Below are positions 36,446-46,551 of a DNA stretch of 57,069 nucleotides, in pieces. The stretch's first letter is position 1, and every line of letters starts with the position of its first letter. The notes below the pieces were generated by a model. That model saw only the letters and a list, made by a program, of their open reading frames with translations. It was not told the origin of the DNA and made no database searches. The stretch covers positions 1 to 57,069 of the forward strand of contig CAIKZY010000162.1 of NCBI GenBank assembly GCA_903832025.1, in the 5' to 3' direction. Both the position numbers and the translations under genes were made by a program. The stretch is from an uncultured Actinomycetes bacterium. Lineage in GTDB: Bacteria > Actinomycetota > Actinomycetes > S36-B12.

Positions 36446-36982
36446 ATGCATTCCATGTCGATCCAGGCGAAGATTCGCACCATTCCGGACTTCCCGAAGC
36501 CGGGAATCATGTTCCGCGATGTCACGACGCTGTTCAAGGACCCGACCGGGTTCGGTGAACTCATCGACGTCCTTGCCAAGCGATATGCCGGTGCGCGAAT
36601 CGACACGGTGGTTGGTATCGAGTCTCGTGGCTTCATCGTGGGCGCACCATTGGCTGTGCGGCTTGGCTGCGGATTTGTACCTCTACGAAAGCCCGGCAAG
36701 TTGCCCGCGGCCACCTGGGCGCAGCCCTATGAACTTGAGTACGGCACCGATGAACTGCACGTGCATATTGATGCCATTGCCGAAGGCGAGCGTGTGCTGC
36801 TCATTGATGATCTCCTTGCTACCGGTGGCACGATGCTTGCCGGAGTGGCCCTGATGCGTCGCGCAGGTGCTGAGATCGTCGAATGCACATTTGTTGTCGA
36901 CCTACCGGAGGTGGGTGGCCGACAGCGACTTGAGTCCGAAGGATTGCCCGTGCACGCAGTCTGCGTCTTTGACGGGCATTGA
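36446..36982 (+). CDS. apt: Adenine phosphoribosyltransferase
   Basis: IRTIPDFPKPGIMFRDVTTLFKDP and the VLLIDDLLATGGT PRPP-binding motif. Confidence 0.92.
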   Translation: MHSMSIQAKIRTIPDFPKPGIMFRDVTTLFKDPTGFGELIDVLAKRYAGARIDTVVGIESRGFIVGAPLAVRLGCGFVPLRKPGKLPAATWAQPYELEYGTDELHVHIDAIAEGERVLLIDDLLATGGTMLAGVALMRRAGAEIVECTFVVDLPEVGGRQRLESEGLPVHAVCVFDGH

Positions 36983-37025
36983 GCCAGCCGCGTCAAGCCT
37001 GTGAATTTCGCGGCACGCGGTTGTT

Positions 37026-37826
37026 CTAGCGGTAGAGCAAGTCCAGAACATCTGCGACAGATTCGCCGGCGACTGAGCCGGTGAGGTAGTCCGCGCAAGC
37101 AGCGGTTTCGGGATCGGCATCACCCATGGCAACTCCGATCCCGGCCCAGGACAAAGCCTGTCGGTCGTTTCGCGAGTCTCCGAAAACAAGGGAAGACCGC
37201 GGATCGATATCCAGTTGCTCGCACAGGCTGGCCAGCATCGTGGACTTGTTGACGTTTGCCGGGCCAATATCCATCCAGGCGACTTCCGAGATGCCGAAGA
37301 TCACCGAATGCAGGCCCAATTGCGCGGCCATCTCCGCGAAGCCCTCATTCACGTGAGAGTCGGATCGAACCACGAGTCGGACCACGGGCTTGGTCAGCAA
37401 GTGCTCGAAGGGGACCTCTCGCACCTCCAGGCTAATGGCCGTCATGCCGAAGCTCTTGTTCGTGCGCAGGAGTCCGTCTGCATCCTCCACTGCGTAGACC
37501 GCATCGGGTAGCACCGGAGTAATCCGCTGAATCAGTTCCGTCGGATCAAAGGTGACTGTTTCCCTGATGCTAATCGGGTTCAGGTGCGCCAAGACCGCGC
37601 CATTTGAGCACACAGCCCATTCGTTCATGCCGGCTGCGTGCGCCACGGGTGCAGTAGTGGACAGGGAGCGACCGGTGTTGGGAATCACGAGAGCGCCGGC
37701 TGCTTGGACTCGGGCGATGGATTCCGCCACCCGTTCGGAGACTGCCTCATCACGCTCGACCAAGGTGTCATCGATGTCGATCGCAATGAGTTTGGGTGCA
37801 AAGTCACGCGGGAAGGTCTCAAGCAC
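37026..37826 (-). CDS. Cof-type HAD-IIB family hydrolase
   Basis: [11 protein letters not shown] motif I, NTGRS and [23 protein letters not shown]. Confidence 0.85.
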   Translation of the reverse strand: MLETFPRDFAPKLIAIDIDDTLVERDEAVSERVAESIARVQAAGALVIPNTGRSLSTTAPVAHAAGMNEWAVCSNGAVLAHLNPISIRETVTFDPTELIQRITPVLPDAVYAVEDADGLLRTNKSFGMTAISLEVREVPFEHLLTKPVVRLVVRSDSHVNEGFAEMAAQLGLHSVIFGISEVAWMDIGPANVNKSTMLASLCEQLDIDPRSSLVFGDSRNDRQALSWAGIGVAMGDADPETAACADYLTGSVAGESVADVLDLLYR

Positions 37827-39171
37827 GGTTCAGCGTCTCCTCACGAACTGACAGTGGGGTAAACCTGTCCTGGCCGCCGAGGAACGGACGCAAGGCGGGC
37901 GGGATAACTATTGAGCCGTCTGCTTGCTGATGATTTTCCAGGATGGCAACGATGATGCGCGGCATTGCGCATAACGTGCCGTTCAGCGTGGCAAGGGGCT
38001 TGGTACCGGCGGCGTCGCGCATCCGGATGCGCAGGCGGCGAGCCTGGAACTCGGTGGTGTTCGACGTCGAGGTGATTTCGCGGTAGGTGCCTTGAGTTGG
38101 AATCCAGGCCTCAATGTCGAACTTGCGCGCCGCACTGGAACCCAAGTCCCCGGTTGCCACGTCAATGACGCGGTACGGCAGTTCGAGGGCGTTGACAAAT
38201 TCCTCCTCCCATGCGAGCAGGCGTGCATGTTCATTCTCGGCATCAGCGGGGTCGCAGTAGACGAACATTTCGACCTTGTCGAATTGATGCACTCGGATGA
38301 TGCCGCGTGTGTCCTTACCGTACGTGCCGGCTTCTCGGCGAAAGCAGCTCGACCAGCCCGCGTATCGCCTGGGCAAGGACGCCGCATCCAAGATCTCATC
38401 GGAGTGGAATGCCGCCAGAGGCACCTCGGATGTGCCGACCAGGTAGAGGTCATCGGCCTCAAGTCGGTACACGTTCTCTGCAGCCTGGCCGAGGAAGCCG
38501 GTACCTTCCATGGCGCTGGGCAATACCAACGCCGGAGTGATCATCGGGATAAAGCCGTGCGACATCGCCTGGCTCATCGCCAGGTTGAGTAGGGCGAATT
38601 CCAATTGCGCGCCGACTCCGGTCAAGTAGAAAAATCGTGAACCGGACACCTTGGCGCCGCGAACAGTGTCGATCGCCCCGAGTGCCTCACCAAGGTCAAG
38701 GTGGTCTTTGGGCGCAAAGCCCTCAGCGGCGAAGTCCCGGGGCATACCCACGGTGGTCAGGACGGTGAAGTCATCTTCGCCGCCGATGGGAGACGCCAGG
38801 TTCACCAGGTTGGAGACTTTCAGCCACAGGGCATCAGCGACTTCACTGGCAGTATCGGCGGCTGCCTCGGCCGCCTTGGTGCGCTCCGCCAAGTCGGCAG
38901 CATCGGCCAGCAGGGCATCGAGTTCGGACTGTGCGGTGATGCGTGCTGAATCGTCGCTGGCCCGCTTCAGCGAGGCCTGTAGTGGCCCGATCTGCTTACC
39001 GATCTGCTTTTGCTGGTTTCGCAAGTCATCGAACTGCTGTGCGCTCGCCCGCTTGGCGAGGTCCGCTGCGACCAGCGCATCGACGATCGCGACGTCCTCT
39101 CCGCGTCTGCGCTGGGATTCGCGGATTCGGTCCGGGTCGGTACGCAAGATGGTGGGATCGATCACCTGCAC
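37819..39171 (-). CDS. serS: Serine--tRNA ligase
   Basis: N-terminal coiled-coil arm ([23 protein letters not shown] ...), class II motifs ([24 protein letters not shown]) and [12 protein letters not shown] start. Confidence 0.95.
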   Translation of the reverse strand: MQVIDPTILRTDPDRIRESQRRRGEDVAIVDALVAADLAKRASAQQFDDLRNQQKQIGKQIGPLQASLKRASDDSARITAQSELDALLADAADLAERTKAAEAAADTASEVADALWLKVSNLVNLASPIGGEDDFTVLTTVGMPRDFAAEGFAPKDHLDLGEALGAIDTVRGAKVSGSRFFYLTGVGAQLEFALLNLAMSQAMSHGFIPMITPALVLPSAMEGTGFLGQAAENVYRLEADDLYLVGTSEVPLAAFHSDEILDAASLPRRYAGWSSCFRREAGTYGKDTRGIIRVHQFDKVEMFVYCDPADAENEHARLLAWEEEFVNALELPYRVIDVATGDLGSSAARKFDIEAWIPTQGTYREITSTSNTTEFQARRLRIRMRDAAGTKPLATLNGTLCAMPRIIVAILENHQQADGSIVIPPALRPFLGGQDRFTPLSVREETLNRA

Positions 39172-39317
39172 AGCCTACGAGCAGCGCCAACGCCTCATGG
39201 CCCCGCCATGGCTCGCATGCAGTGCTGACCGTGGCGATTTCTCTCACGGGCTGGCCTGTGTCACACTTTTTCGGTTTTCGCCGCATTCGGCATCCGGAAT
39301 GAAAGGGTTACAGACGA

Positions 39318-39821
39318 GTGGACTACAACTGGCTTACCCCCAAGGCCGTGGCAGAACCGGCCGGTGCCAAAGGATGGGGCTCATTCACGCACGAGCCGAT
39401 CAGCAAGGGCGAGACGGTCGCCGGGTTCGGTGGCTGGGTGATTGAACGCGCATTGCTGTCCACGCTGTCGGCTGACCGCCAGGCGCGTTCGATTCAGGTT
39501 GACGAGGATCTCTACCTGGTATCCGGCGATGAGCGCGAAGCCGGAGACATGCTCAACCATTCCTGCGAGCCGAACTGTGGCCTCTCCGGCAGCCAATTGC
39601 TCGTTGCGATGCGTGATATCGAGCCAGGTGAGGAACTGACCTTCGACTATGCGATGTGCGATGCATCGGACTACGACGAGTTCACCTGCCTGTGCGGAAC
39701 AGATACTTGCCGAGGCACGGTGACCGGTTCGGATTGGCGCGACCCGATTGTCCAAGCCAAATACATGGGGTACTTCTCTCCGTACTTGATGAAGCGGATA
39801 TCGGCCTTGCCGACTCCGTAG
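39318..39821 (+). CDS. SET domain-containing protein (putative protein-lysine methyltransferase)
   Basis: NHSCEPNC, GEELTFDY and the post-SET-like CLCGTDTCRG. GTG start. Confidence 0.85.
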   Translation: MDYNWLTPKAVAEPAGAKGWGSFTHEPISKGETVAGFGGWVIERALLSTLSADRQARSIQVDEDLYLVSGDEREAGDMLNHSCEPNCGLSGSQLLVAMRDIEPGEELTFDYAMCDASDYDEFTCLCGTDTCRGTVTGSDWRDPIVQAKYMGYFSPYLMKRISALPTP

Positions 39822-39950
39822 TCAGCGACCGACTGCTACCGCATTCTCGTGCGGTGACAGATCGGACTGACGGTGATGCTCAGTGTTGGCCTGCGTAAGC
39901 GTTCCTCCAGGGCCCACGCACCACCGAATGTCACCTCAACTCACGAAGTC

Positions 39951-40931
39951 TCAGGCGACAGCAAGTCCGAGCTTCCCGGTGATGGCACCCTCAGCGATGA
40001 GCGCATGCGCCAGGGCGGCGTCGGTAATGGGCAGGACACGATCGATGACCGGACGCACGATTCCAGCAGCAATCCATGGCCACACGTATTGCTGAACTTG
40101 TTCGCAGATCAGAGCCTTTTCGCTGATCGGACGTCCACGCAAACTGGTGCACGTGATGCTTGCGTTCTTGCGAAGCAGGGTATTGATATTCAACTCCGCC
40201 TTAGTCCCGCCTTGCAGGCCGATAGTGACCAGACGACCGTTTCGGGCTAATGCCGTGACATTGCGTTCAAGGTATGCAGCCCCCAGGTTATCCAAGATGA
40301 CATCCGGACCGGTGCCGCCTGTGCAGTCGATGACCTGTTCCACGAAGTCCTGCTCCTTGTAGTTGATGCACACATCTGCCCCGAGCTCACGGCATGCATC
40401 GAGCTTGGCTGCACTTCCGGCTGTCACGGCCACGTGCGCACCCATTGCACGCGCAACCTGGATGGCGAATGTACCCACGCCTGAACCGCCGCCGTGGATC
40501 AGCACCCACTCCTCTGCTTGCACATGCGCGGTCATCGCCAGGTTGGACCAGACTGTGCAGGCGACTTCGGCCACTGCGCCAGCGGTGATCAGGTCCACCC
40601 CGCTTGGTACGGCCATGACTTGCTGGACAGGAACGGCAACCCGTTGTGCGTAGCCGCCTCCGGATAGCAGCGCGACGATGGGCGTGCCCAGTGGCGGCGA
40701 GCTCACACCCGGTCCATGTCCGGCGATCATCCCCGCGCATTCCAGGCCCAGAATCGGCGATGCGCCAGGGGGTGGTGGGTAGTGGCCTTGTCGCTGCAGG
40801 AGATCAGCACGGTTCACGGCCGTTGCCGTGATGTCAATCAGTACTTCCCCGGGAGCGGCAATCGGATCGGGAACCTCATTCCAGCGCATCTGCTCCGGTC
40901 CACCGGGGACGTCAACCGCAATCGCATGCAT
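39951..40931 (-). CDS. qor: NAD(P)H:quinone oxidoreductase (zeta-crystallin/Qor, MDR superfamily)
   Basis: VNRADLLQRQGHYPPPPGASPILGLECAG and IHGGGSGVGTFAIQVA, typical of the PIG3/Qor subgroup. Confidence 0.88.
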   Translation of the reverse strand: MHAIAVDVPGGPEQMRWNEVPDPIAAPGEVLIDITATAVNRADLLQRQGHYPPPPGASPILGLECAGMIAGHGPGVSSPPLGTPIVALLSGGGYAQRVAVPVQQVMAVPSGVDLITAGAVAEVACTVWSNLAMTAHVQAEEWVLIHGGGSGVGTFAIQVARAMGAHVAVTAGSAAKLDACRELGADVCINYKEQDFVEQVIDCTGGTGPDVILDNLGAAYLERNVTALARNGRLVTIGLQGGTKAELNINTLLRKNASITCTSLRGRPISEKALICEQVQQYVWPWIAAGIVRPVIDRVLPITDAALAHALIAEGAITGKLGLAVA

Positions 40932-41071
40932 GACTGCACGGTATTGGGTGCACCCCGATCGCGGTCACGCGGACTCGATCGAGCCGGTTGAATCCTGCGG
41001 CTTGGGACTCTGGCATCCTCCGACTGCACCACGACTGTGCAGGCCGCCAGATGGCGGTGGTGCCAGCTGAT

Positions 41072-42001
41072 TCAGTCGGCCTCCGGCCATCCATGCTTCG
41101 CCCGATACTGGGCAAACTCGCGCTCGCACACCTGGGACGATGACACCCGGCCATGCTGATCCATCCAAAACCAGTCGCTAGTCAACGAGTCCGCAGCGTG
41201 CCAGTAGCCGTCAGAGGCAGTGTGGGCAACCCAGTACTTCGGAGCAATCACGTATGGGCGAGACACATTCGTCCATGCCCCCCACCAGGCGAAACTACTG
41301 TTGGCAAGGATGATCATGGGCGCCTGCTGCAGCAGGGCAAGATGCTCGGCCATCTGCCGTTTTCCGGGATGACGCTGCCAGCGATTGAGCACTCCGAGTG
41401 ATCTGGCGGGGGCAATGTCCGTATGCGGCAATAGTTGTCGCGCATGCCGATAATCATCGGTGATGATCATGAACTTCACGTCCGCGTTGTGGCGTTGCAT
41501 GGCAGCCATTGCGTTCTGGTAATACCGCCGCCCTAGCGCAAGGCCAGGCTGCCGGAGGTAATCGCCGCCACGAATTGAAACGATGCACGTGTTGGATGGC
41601 ATTGATGTCGGAATATCTACGCGAAACCAGTCTGCAATCTCCTGCTTTCGGTGCATGATGTATCTCTCGGCCTGAAAGTATCCGTCGATCTTGGTGTTGT
41701 CGTTGATGGTCGTGAGTCTGCGATCGAAGAACGGAATCAGCTGATTCGTTCGGGGATTTCTCATGTGACGCTCCGGAAAGTACGTTTCTATTCCTCCTGG
41801 CAGCACGGGGCTGAATGAGCGCGATGATGGTCCGTGCACGGGCTGCCCAAAATCCAGACGGAGAAAGCTCTTTCCCTTGAATCTGCGCGATGATTGGATA
41901 CCGAACTCGTATCCTTCATCCGCAGCGATTGTTCTGCACACTGCGTACTGCCACAGTTGGTTCCCCAGCCCCATGGCTGGATACAATTCGCAGGTGATCA
42001 T
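41072..42001 (-). CDS. Glycosyltransferase family 11 (alpha-1,2-fucosyltransferase-like)
   Basis: MGLGNQLWQYAVCR (GGLGNQmFQYA motif), SIRGGDY and ILANSSFAWWGAW are the three GT11 signature motifs. Confidence 0.75.
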   Translation of the reverse strand: MITCELYPAMGLGNQLWQYAVCRTIAADEGYEFGIQSSRRFKGKSFLRLDFGQPVHGPSSRSFSPVLPGGIETYFPERHMRNPRTNQLIPFFDRRLTTINDNTKIDGYFQAERYIMHRKQEIADWFRVDIPTSMPSNTCIVSIRGGDYLRQPGLALGRRYYQNAMAAMQRHNADVKFMIITDDYRHARQLLPHTDIAPARSLGVLNRWQRHPGKRQMAEHLALLQQAPMIILANSSFAWWGAWTNVSRPYVIAPKYWVAHTASDGYWHAADSLTSDWFWMDQHGRVSSSQVCEREFAQYRAKHGWPEAD

Positions 42002-42035
42002 CGGCGTATTGTCTCAGGCTTCCGACACCTAGGTC

Positions 42036-43124
42036 GTGAGCACCGAGGTCCTGTTACTGAATAACTCGTCAAGAGCGCTGGGCTCTGCCGGATACGAGGA
42101 TGCATTGGCAGCGCTCCAGGAAACTGGAGAAATCAGCAGGTTCCGCTCGGTGTCCGGTCGCCAATTGCTCATGGAGCATGGCGATCAGGCCCCCGACCGC
42201 CTCATTGCTCTCATGCGCGAGAGCCCAGCCGAGATTGTCCTGATCCTGTCACCGTTCTATTTGCAGACAACGCAGCAGCAGTGGGAGCAGGTGCTGGACT
42301 GCCTGGGACATCGACTCGTGGTCTACTTGGAGGGTGACCCATGGGGCCGGGGCAAGCCAATAACCACAGCGATGTCCAACTGGCTCAGCCGCGCTGACCT
42401 GGTCTTCTCAGTTGCCGGGAAGCCGCAGACGACATCTCTTCGCGCACATGGTGCTCGACGGATCTTCTTGGTACCGCACACGTACTCGCAGGTGCAATTC
42501 GCCACGGCGGAGCAGACTTGGGAACCCGTGCCTGCAACGGGGCCTGCCTGCATGATGGTTGCGAGCAACCACACTCGCACGAGAATTCCGATCCCGGGGT
42601 TGACCGGATTGCCGGGGGGATTCAACCGGTACCGACTCGCGCGAACACTTGCTCGCAGATGGGATCGAGAGGCCGAACTGTTTGGGTCGGGCTGGCCGCA
42701 ACGATGGGGAATAGGCCCATGCGCATTTGACCAACAAGCAGAGTTGATTCGCACCGCACGAGTGACTGCGAATTGGGACAATTACGCGCACTTAGCCTCC
42801 TACACCAGCGATCGACTGGCGATCTCCATGCTGGCCGGACGCGCACACGTTTCGACACGTCATCCCGCGATGGACCTGTTCCCGGGTGCGCACGAGGGTG
42901 TGTTCTTCGAAGGATCCGTTCGCGAGGTAGTACACCGCGTGGAGGAGCTGCTCGACGCTGGCGAGGAGGAACTCAACCGGCTGGGGCAAGCGGCCTGGTC
43001 GTGGGCTCGCTTCCGATTGAGCGATCGGTGCCTAATCCGCCACATGCTGTCAATCGCGCGAGAGTCCATCGCACCAGTGCGCATGGACCCGTGGGAGTCA
43101 CTCGTTCATCAGTGCACTGATTAG
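42036..43124 (+). CDS. Hypothetical protein, CgeB/DUF3880-like glycosyltransferase-related
   Basis: 362 aa with a GTG start. The C-terminal region (SDRLAISMLAGRAHVSTRHP ... FFEGSVREVVHRVEELL) resembles the Glyco_trans_1_2/CgeB family. Low-certainty product. Confidence 0.45.
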   Translation: MSTEVLLLNNSSRALGSAGYEDALAALQETGEISRFRSVSGRQLLMEHGDQAPDRLIALMRESPAEIVLILSPFYLQTTQQQWEQVLDCLGHRLVVYLEGDPWGRGKPITTAMSNWLSRADLVFSVAGKPQTTSLRAHGARRIFLVPHTYSQVQFATAEQTWEPVPATGPACMMVASNHTRTRIPIPGLTGLPGGFNRYRLARTLARRWDREAELFGSGWPQRWGIGPCAFDQQAELIRTARVTANWDNYAHLASYTSDRLAISMLAGRAHVSTRHPAMDLFPGAHEGVFFEGSVREVVHRVEELLDAGEEELNRLGQAAWSWARFRLSDRCLIRHMLSIARESIAPVRMDPWESLVHQCTD

Positions 43125-43159
43125 CTGACAGTGCGCGCTGTCTTGACTGGCCAGAAGGC

Positions 43160-44362
43160 TCAGCGAGTCGGATGCTCATCCAGTGGCACCGTAGATCGCG
43201 CGCTGTCCTGGAGATCGTGTCGTATTGCACGCGCGATGACACTGACAGTCTTGGGCCAGGTATAGCGGTCGAACACGTGGGTTCGACCATGCTCGCCAAA
43301 CGCTTTGCACAGCCCAGGAGAAGCCAGGAGAAGCCTCAGTGCCGCGGCAAGAGCCTCGACATTCCCCGGCGGAACCAAGATGCCCGATTGCCCGGCATCC
43401 ACGAGCTCAGGCAGCGCTCCGATATCAGTTGTGATGATTGGCAAACCGAGTTGCATGGCTTCCAAGATGACGATCCCAAACGGTTCGCATTGAGTCGGAA
43501 AGCAGAAGATCGCGGCATCTGCCATCTCCTGGCTGACTTGCGCCAACGTCAGGCGACCGATCCCGATAACGTGACCCGGCCAGTCTTTGCCCTCTCTTCC
43601 GACCATGCGCAATGTTGCGTTGGGAAATTCTTCGGCAATCTCACCAAAGGCTTCAATGAGGTGGGACGCGCCTTTGCGCTCCCAGTCGATGCCGACGAAG
43701 AGGATGCGCCCGGATGCATAGCGGGTCACGTCAGTATTCACCGGGATTAAAGGCGCATTGGCACCAGCACCGGCAAGGACCACTCGATCGGAAGGGATTC
43801 CGTAATCGGACTCCAGGGAACGCTGGACATTTGCGCTCATGACGAACACCCGGCGAGCGTGGCCGAATATTCGTTCTTCCGATTTCACGTATGACTTCAT
43901 GATCCGTCGGGTATCAAATCCCGGATACGTGAGGTTCACCAGATGAGTGTGGTCTACGTACAGATAGTGCCGAATTCCTGCGATGTGAGCATCGAACAGC
44001 ATCTGCGTGGAGAGCGTGAACAGGCAGGATTCCTGCCATGGCTTCGTGAACTTGAGGAACCAGCGTCGAAGCTGCCACATGCGGAAGCGACTGAGGGACA
44101 TGCACTCAGAGCGTGTCCGCCGTCGCGTCATCAGCAGCCAGGAGTGAGCGAACAGCGTGTATCCCAGATTGACGAAATTGCCGATGTGCAGTCTTGACAC
44201 GTTTCGATGAGTTGACGGATCGACGCGCACAATTCGGCAATCAGGAAAGGCCAGTTTGATTTCACGTTCGATCTGCTCGTTGATATGCGAAAAGGACCCG
44301 TTGGTGATCAGCAGGACGACCGGAGCACCATCATGTTCGCCGGAATGCGCGTGATCGTTCAT
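43160..44362 (-). CDS. Glycosyltransferase family 4
   Basis: FVGIDWERKGASHLIEAF ... FPTQCEPFGIVILEAMQLGLPIITTDIGALPELV. Start at ATG 44362; the ORF is open to 44404. Confidence 0.8.
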   Translation of the reverse strand: MNDHAHSGEHDGAPVVLLITNGSFSHINEQIEREIKLAFPDCRIVRVDPSTHRNVSRLHIGNFVNLGYTLFAHSWLLMTRRRTRSECMSLSRFRMWQLRRWFLKFTKPWQESCLFTLSTQMLFDAHIAGIRHYLYVDHTHLVNLTYPGFDTRRIMKSYVKSEERIFGHARRVFVMSANVQRSLESDYGIPSDRVVLAGAGANAPLIPVNTDVTRYASGRILFVGIDWERKGASHLIEAFGEIAEEFPNATLRMVGREGKDWPGHVIGIGRLTLAQVSQEMADAAIFCFPTQCEPFGIVILEAMQLGLPIITTDIGALPELVDAGQSGILVPPGNVEALAAALRLLLASPGLCKAFGEHGRTHVFDRYTWPKTVSVIARAIRHDLQDSARSTVPLDEHPTR

Positions 44363-44661
44363 CGACCGCCGATGCCTGAATACTGCACGCCAATCTGGGA
44401 CCACGCCAGCGCCAGACCAAAGCAGCCGTGATGTGGGTCAAGACGGCGCAATCTGCGGTGTGCGAATGCCGGGACATGTGCATTTCTGCTGTCTGCGTGC
44501 TGCGGCTGCATCACTGTGCACTGCACCTTCATGAATCAAGTCATCGGTTGGAATACGCACAATGCTAGGCGATGAACTGATGGCAGTCCTGCACACATGC
44601 TCGCCCCACGCTTCTGGGCCTGTGCCCCAGTGCCTAGGCCAGGCGGAGAGGCGGGTGTTTA

Positions 44662-45873
44662 CTAACGCGTCGAAATGATCTGAACTGTGTCGCCGCGGTA
44701 CCCGGCCCCCGGCGGAATCACGGCAATGTGGTCTGCGAGCGCCCAGCCAGTAAGTCGGGCAGGCCCTTGCTCGTCCAGAGGTCGAAGCAGTCGGACTCCA
44801 TCACGCACGGCCAGGTGCACGGGAGCCAATCGGGTGTCATCGGCGTAATCAGCGGCCGGAGCATCATCGATCAGCACTGCGGTTGGATACGTCAATTCCG
44901 CGTGTCCGCTCAAGGTGCGCAGCAACGGCGCGACGAGTGTTACCAGGCCAGCGATTGCTGCTGAAGGATCGCCAGGCAAGCCGACTAGAAAGCGACCATC
45001 GGGCAGTTTTGCCAGAAGCATTTGAGCACCAGGTGTGACGGCAACCCCATCAATGAGCCATCGTGCTCCCAGGTCAGACAGCACCGCGCGCACGTGATTA
45101 CCCGGCTCGGGAGCGGTTGATCCGGTGGTGATCAGAACATCGACGTTGGCGTCGTCGATTTCAGACAGCAACAGCTCACGCGTGTCCGGGGCTCGTAGTG
45201 CCGGGTTGCCACGACCTCCGTGGGCAGCCACGAATGCCGGGATGATCGGTCCAAGCGCATCACGCACGCGTCCGTCCCGTGGAAGGCCGTGAGCAAGGAG
45301 GGAATGACCGAGGACCAGCACGCCAACCACTGGGGGCCGCACGATGTCGATGTGATCATGTCCTGCAGCAGCAGCAAGTGCGACAGCCGCCGGAGTCAAG
45401 ACCGTACCTGCCTCGAGCAGGTGCGCTCCCGAGGCACCGTGTGCCCCGGCGCGAATGATTGCCGCCCCGATGTCGGGGCGCAGCGACTCATCGGGAACCC
45501 CGGACAGGGCGTCACATGCGGTGACGTGCACGTGGCCGTTGACGCTGGTGTGCGCCACTGAGCCCGCGAGAGCCAGGACCGCGTCAGTGTGCTCGGGGAG
45601 CGGGTCTCCCATCCGCACTGAGCAAGCCTGACCGGGCAACAAGCGAAGGGTGGTGTGGAGTTGCCACGGTCCAGGACCACAGATGGCGTATCCATTGGTG
45701 GCCGCGATGTCGGTCGGCGGGTTGTCGGCCAAGGTGTGCAGTGGGCGAGAGGTCACGGCGCCGACGGCCTCGTCGAGTCGTGCAGCGGTTCCCGGCAACG
45801 CTCCGGCGCAGTGACCGGCGATGTGGTGGGCTTGCGACCAGGGCAGGACTCCATCAAGGCCAAATGTGCTCAC
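44662..45873 (-). CDS. moeA: MoeA-family molybdopterin molybdotransferase-like protein
   Basis: TNGYAI, the LPGQACSVRMGDPLP domain II/III pattern, and an MoCF-binding domain VGVLVLGHSL ... DVLITTGSTAPEPGNHV ... VAVTPGAQMLLAKL ... GLPGDPSAA. Divergent member. Confidence 0.7.
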   Translation of the reverse strand: MSTFGLDGVLPWSQAHHIAGHCAGALPGTAARLDEAVGAVTSRPLHTLADNPPTDIAATNGYAICGPGPWQLHTTLRLLPGQACSVRMGDPLPEHTDAVLALAGSVAHTSVNGHVHVTACDALSGVPDESLRPDIGAAIIRAGAHGASGAHLLEAGTVLTPAAVALAAAAGHDHIDIVRPPVVGVLVLGHSLLAHGLPRDGRVRDALGPIIPAFVAAHGGRGNPALRAPDTRELLLSEIDDANVDVLITTGSTAPEPGNHVRAVLSDLGARWLIDGVAVTPGAQMLLAKLPDGRFLVGLPGDPSAAIAGLVTLVAPLLRTLSGHAELTYPTAVLIDDAPAADYADDTRLAPVHLAVRDGVRLLRPLDEQGPARLTGWALADHIAVIPPGAGYRGDTVQIISTR

Positions 45874-45957
45874 GAGGTCATGCTGGCATGCGGGTGGTGC
45901 ATGTGCAGTGTGCCGGGGTCAACTGAGCTGCAGAATCGGGAGCACCGACTTCTGCGG

Positions 45958-46551
45958 CTACCTTCCGCTCCGTGCAGAATTGGCTGGCAGCGTGCGCACT
46001 GTCCGGCTTGGCGCCGGTGCGGGGACAAATCCACGCACGATCAAGGCGGCGACGACCAGGGCCGTACCTGCGATGATCAACATGATGGACCACGACTGCA
46101 GGGCATCGGTGCCGGCCAGGATGAAGTGCGCCGTGGCCAACGGCCAGGCGGCGTAGGCGATCAGGTGCGTCTTGGAGAACCAGCGATTGCCGATGACGCC
46201 GAGTCTTGGGCGAAGGCGCCCAATGATGGTCACCGGAATCATGCACCAGAAGGCCAATGTCCCTAAGCCCGCGGCGAAGGCCTTCCACGGAGCTGTTCCC
46301 GGGATCAGCAACTGAGTGATCGTGAAGTGAATGTAGCTGTCTAAGAACAAGAAGAGCATGTGGATGAGCAAGAACACCACAGCCGTCGCACCGAGCCAAC
46401 GGTGCATATCGAGCAACCGCATGGGTGAAGCCAGCTTGGTCAACACGCGACTGCGCAACAAGATGCCCCACAACACCACCGCAGTCAGCAGCCCCCAGGC
46501 AGTGATACCGCTGGCACGAATGGCTAGCCAGGTCATTGACACGTTACCCAC
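45958..46551 (-). CDS. Ferric-reductase-like transmembrane di-haem protein (PF01794-like, MsrQ/YedZ-type)
   Basis: Six TM segments with four positioned His residues (DMHRWLG, LLIHMLF, KTHLIAY, ATAHFIL). 8-nt overlap with apbE. Confidence 0.72.
   Translation of the reverse strand: MGNVSMTWLAIRASGITAWGLLTAVVLWGILLRSRVLTKLASPMRLLDMHRWLGATAVVFLLIHMLFLFLDSYIHFTITQLLIPGTAPWKAFAAGLGTLAFWCMIPVTIIGRLRPRLGVIGNRWFSKTHLIAYAAWPLATAHFILAGTDALQSWSIMLIIAGTALVVAALIVRGFVPAPAPSRTVRTLPANSARSGR

Noticed and set aside
38651-39445. 264-aa plus-strand ORF opposite serS
   Set aside because: Low-complexity Ser/Ala/Arg-rich translation lying entirely antisense to a confidently identified serS. A shadow ORF.
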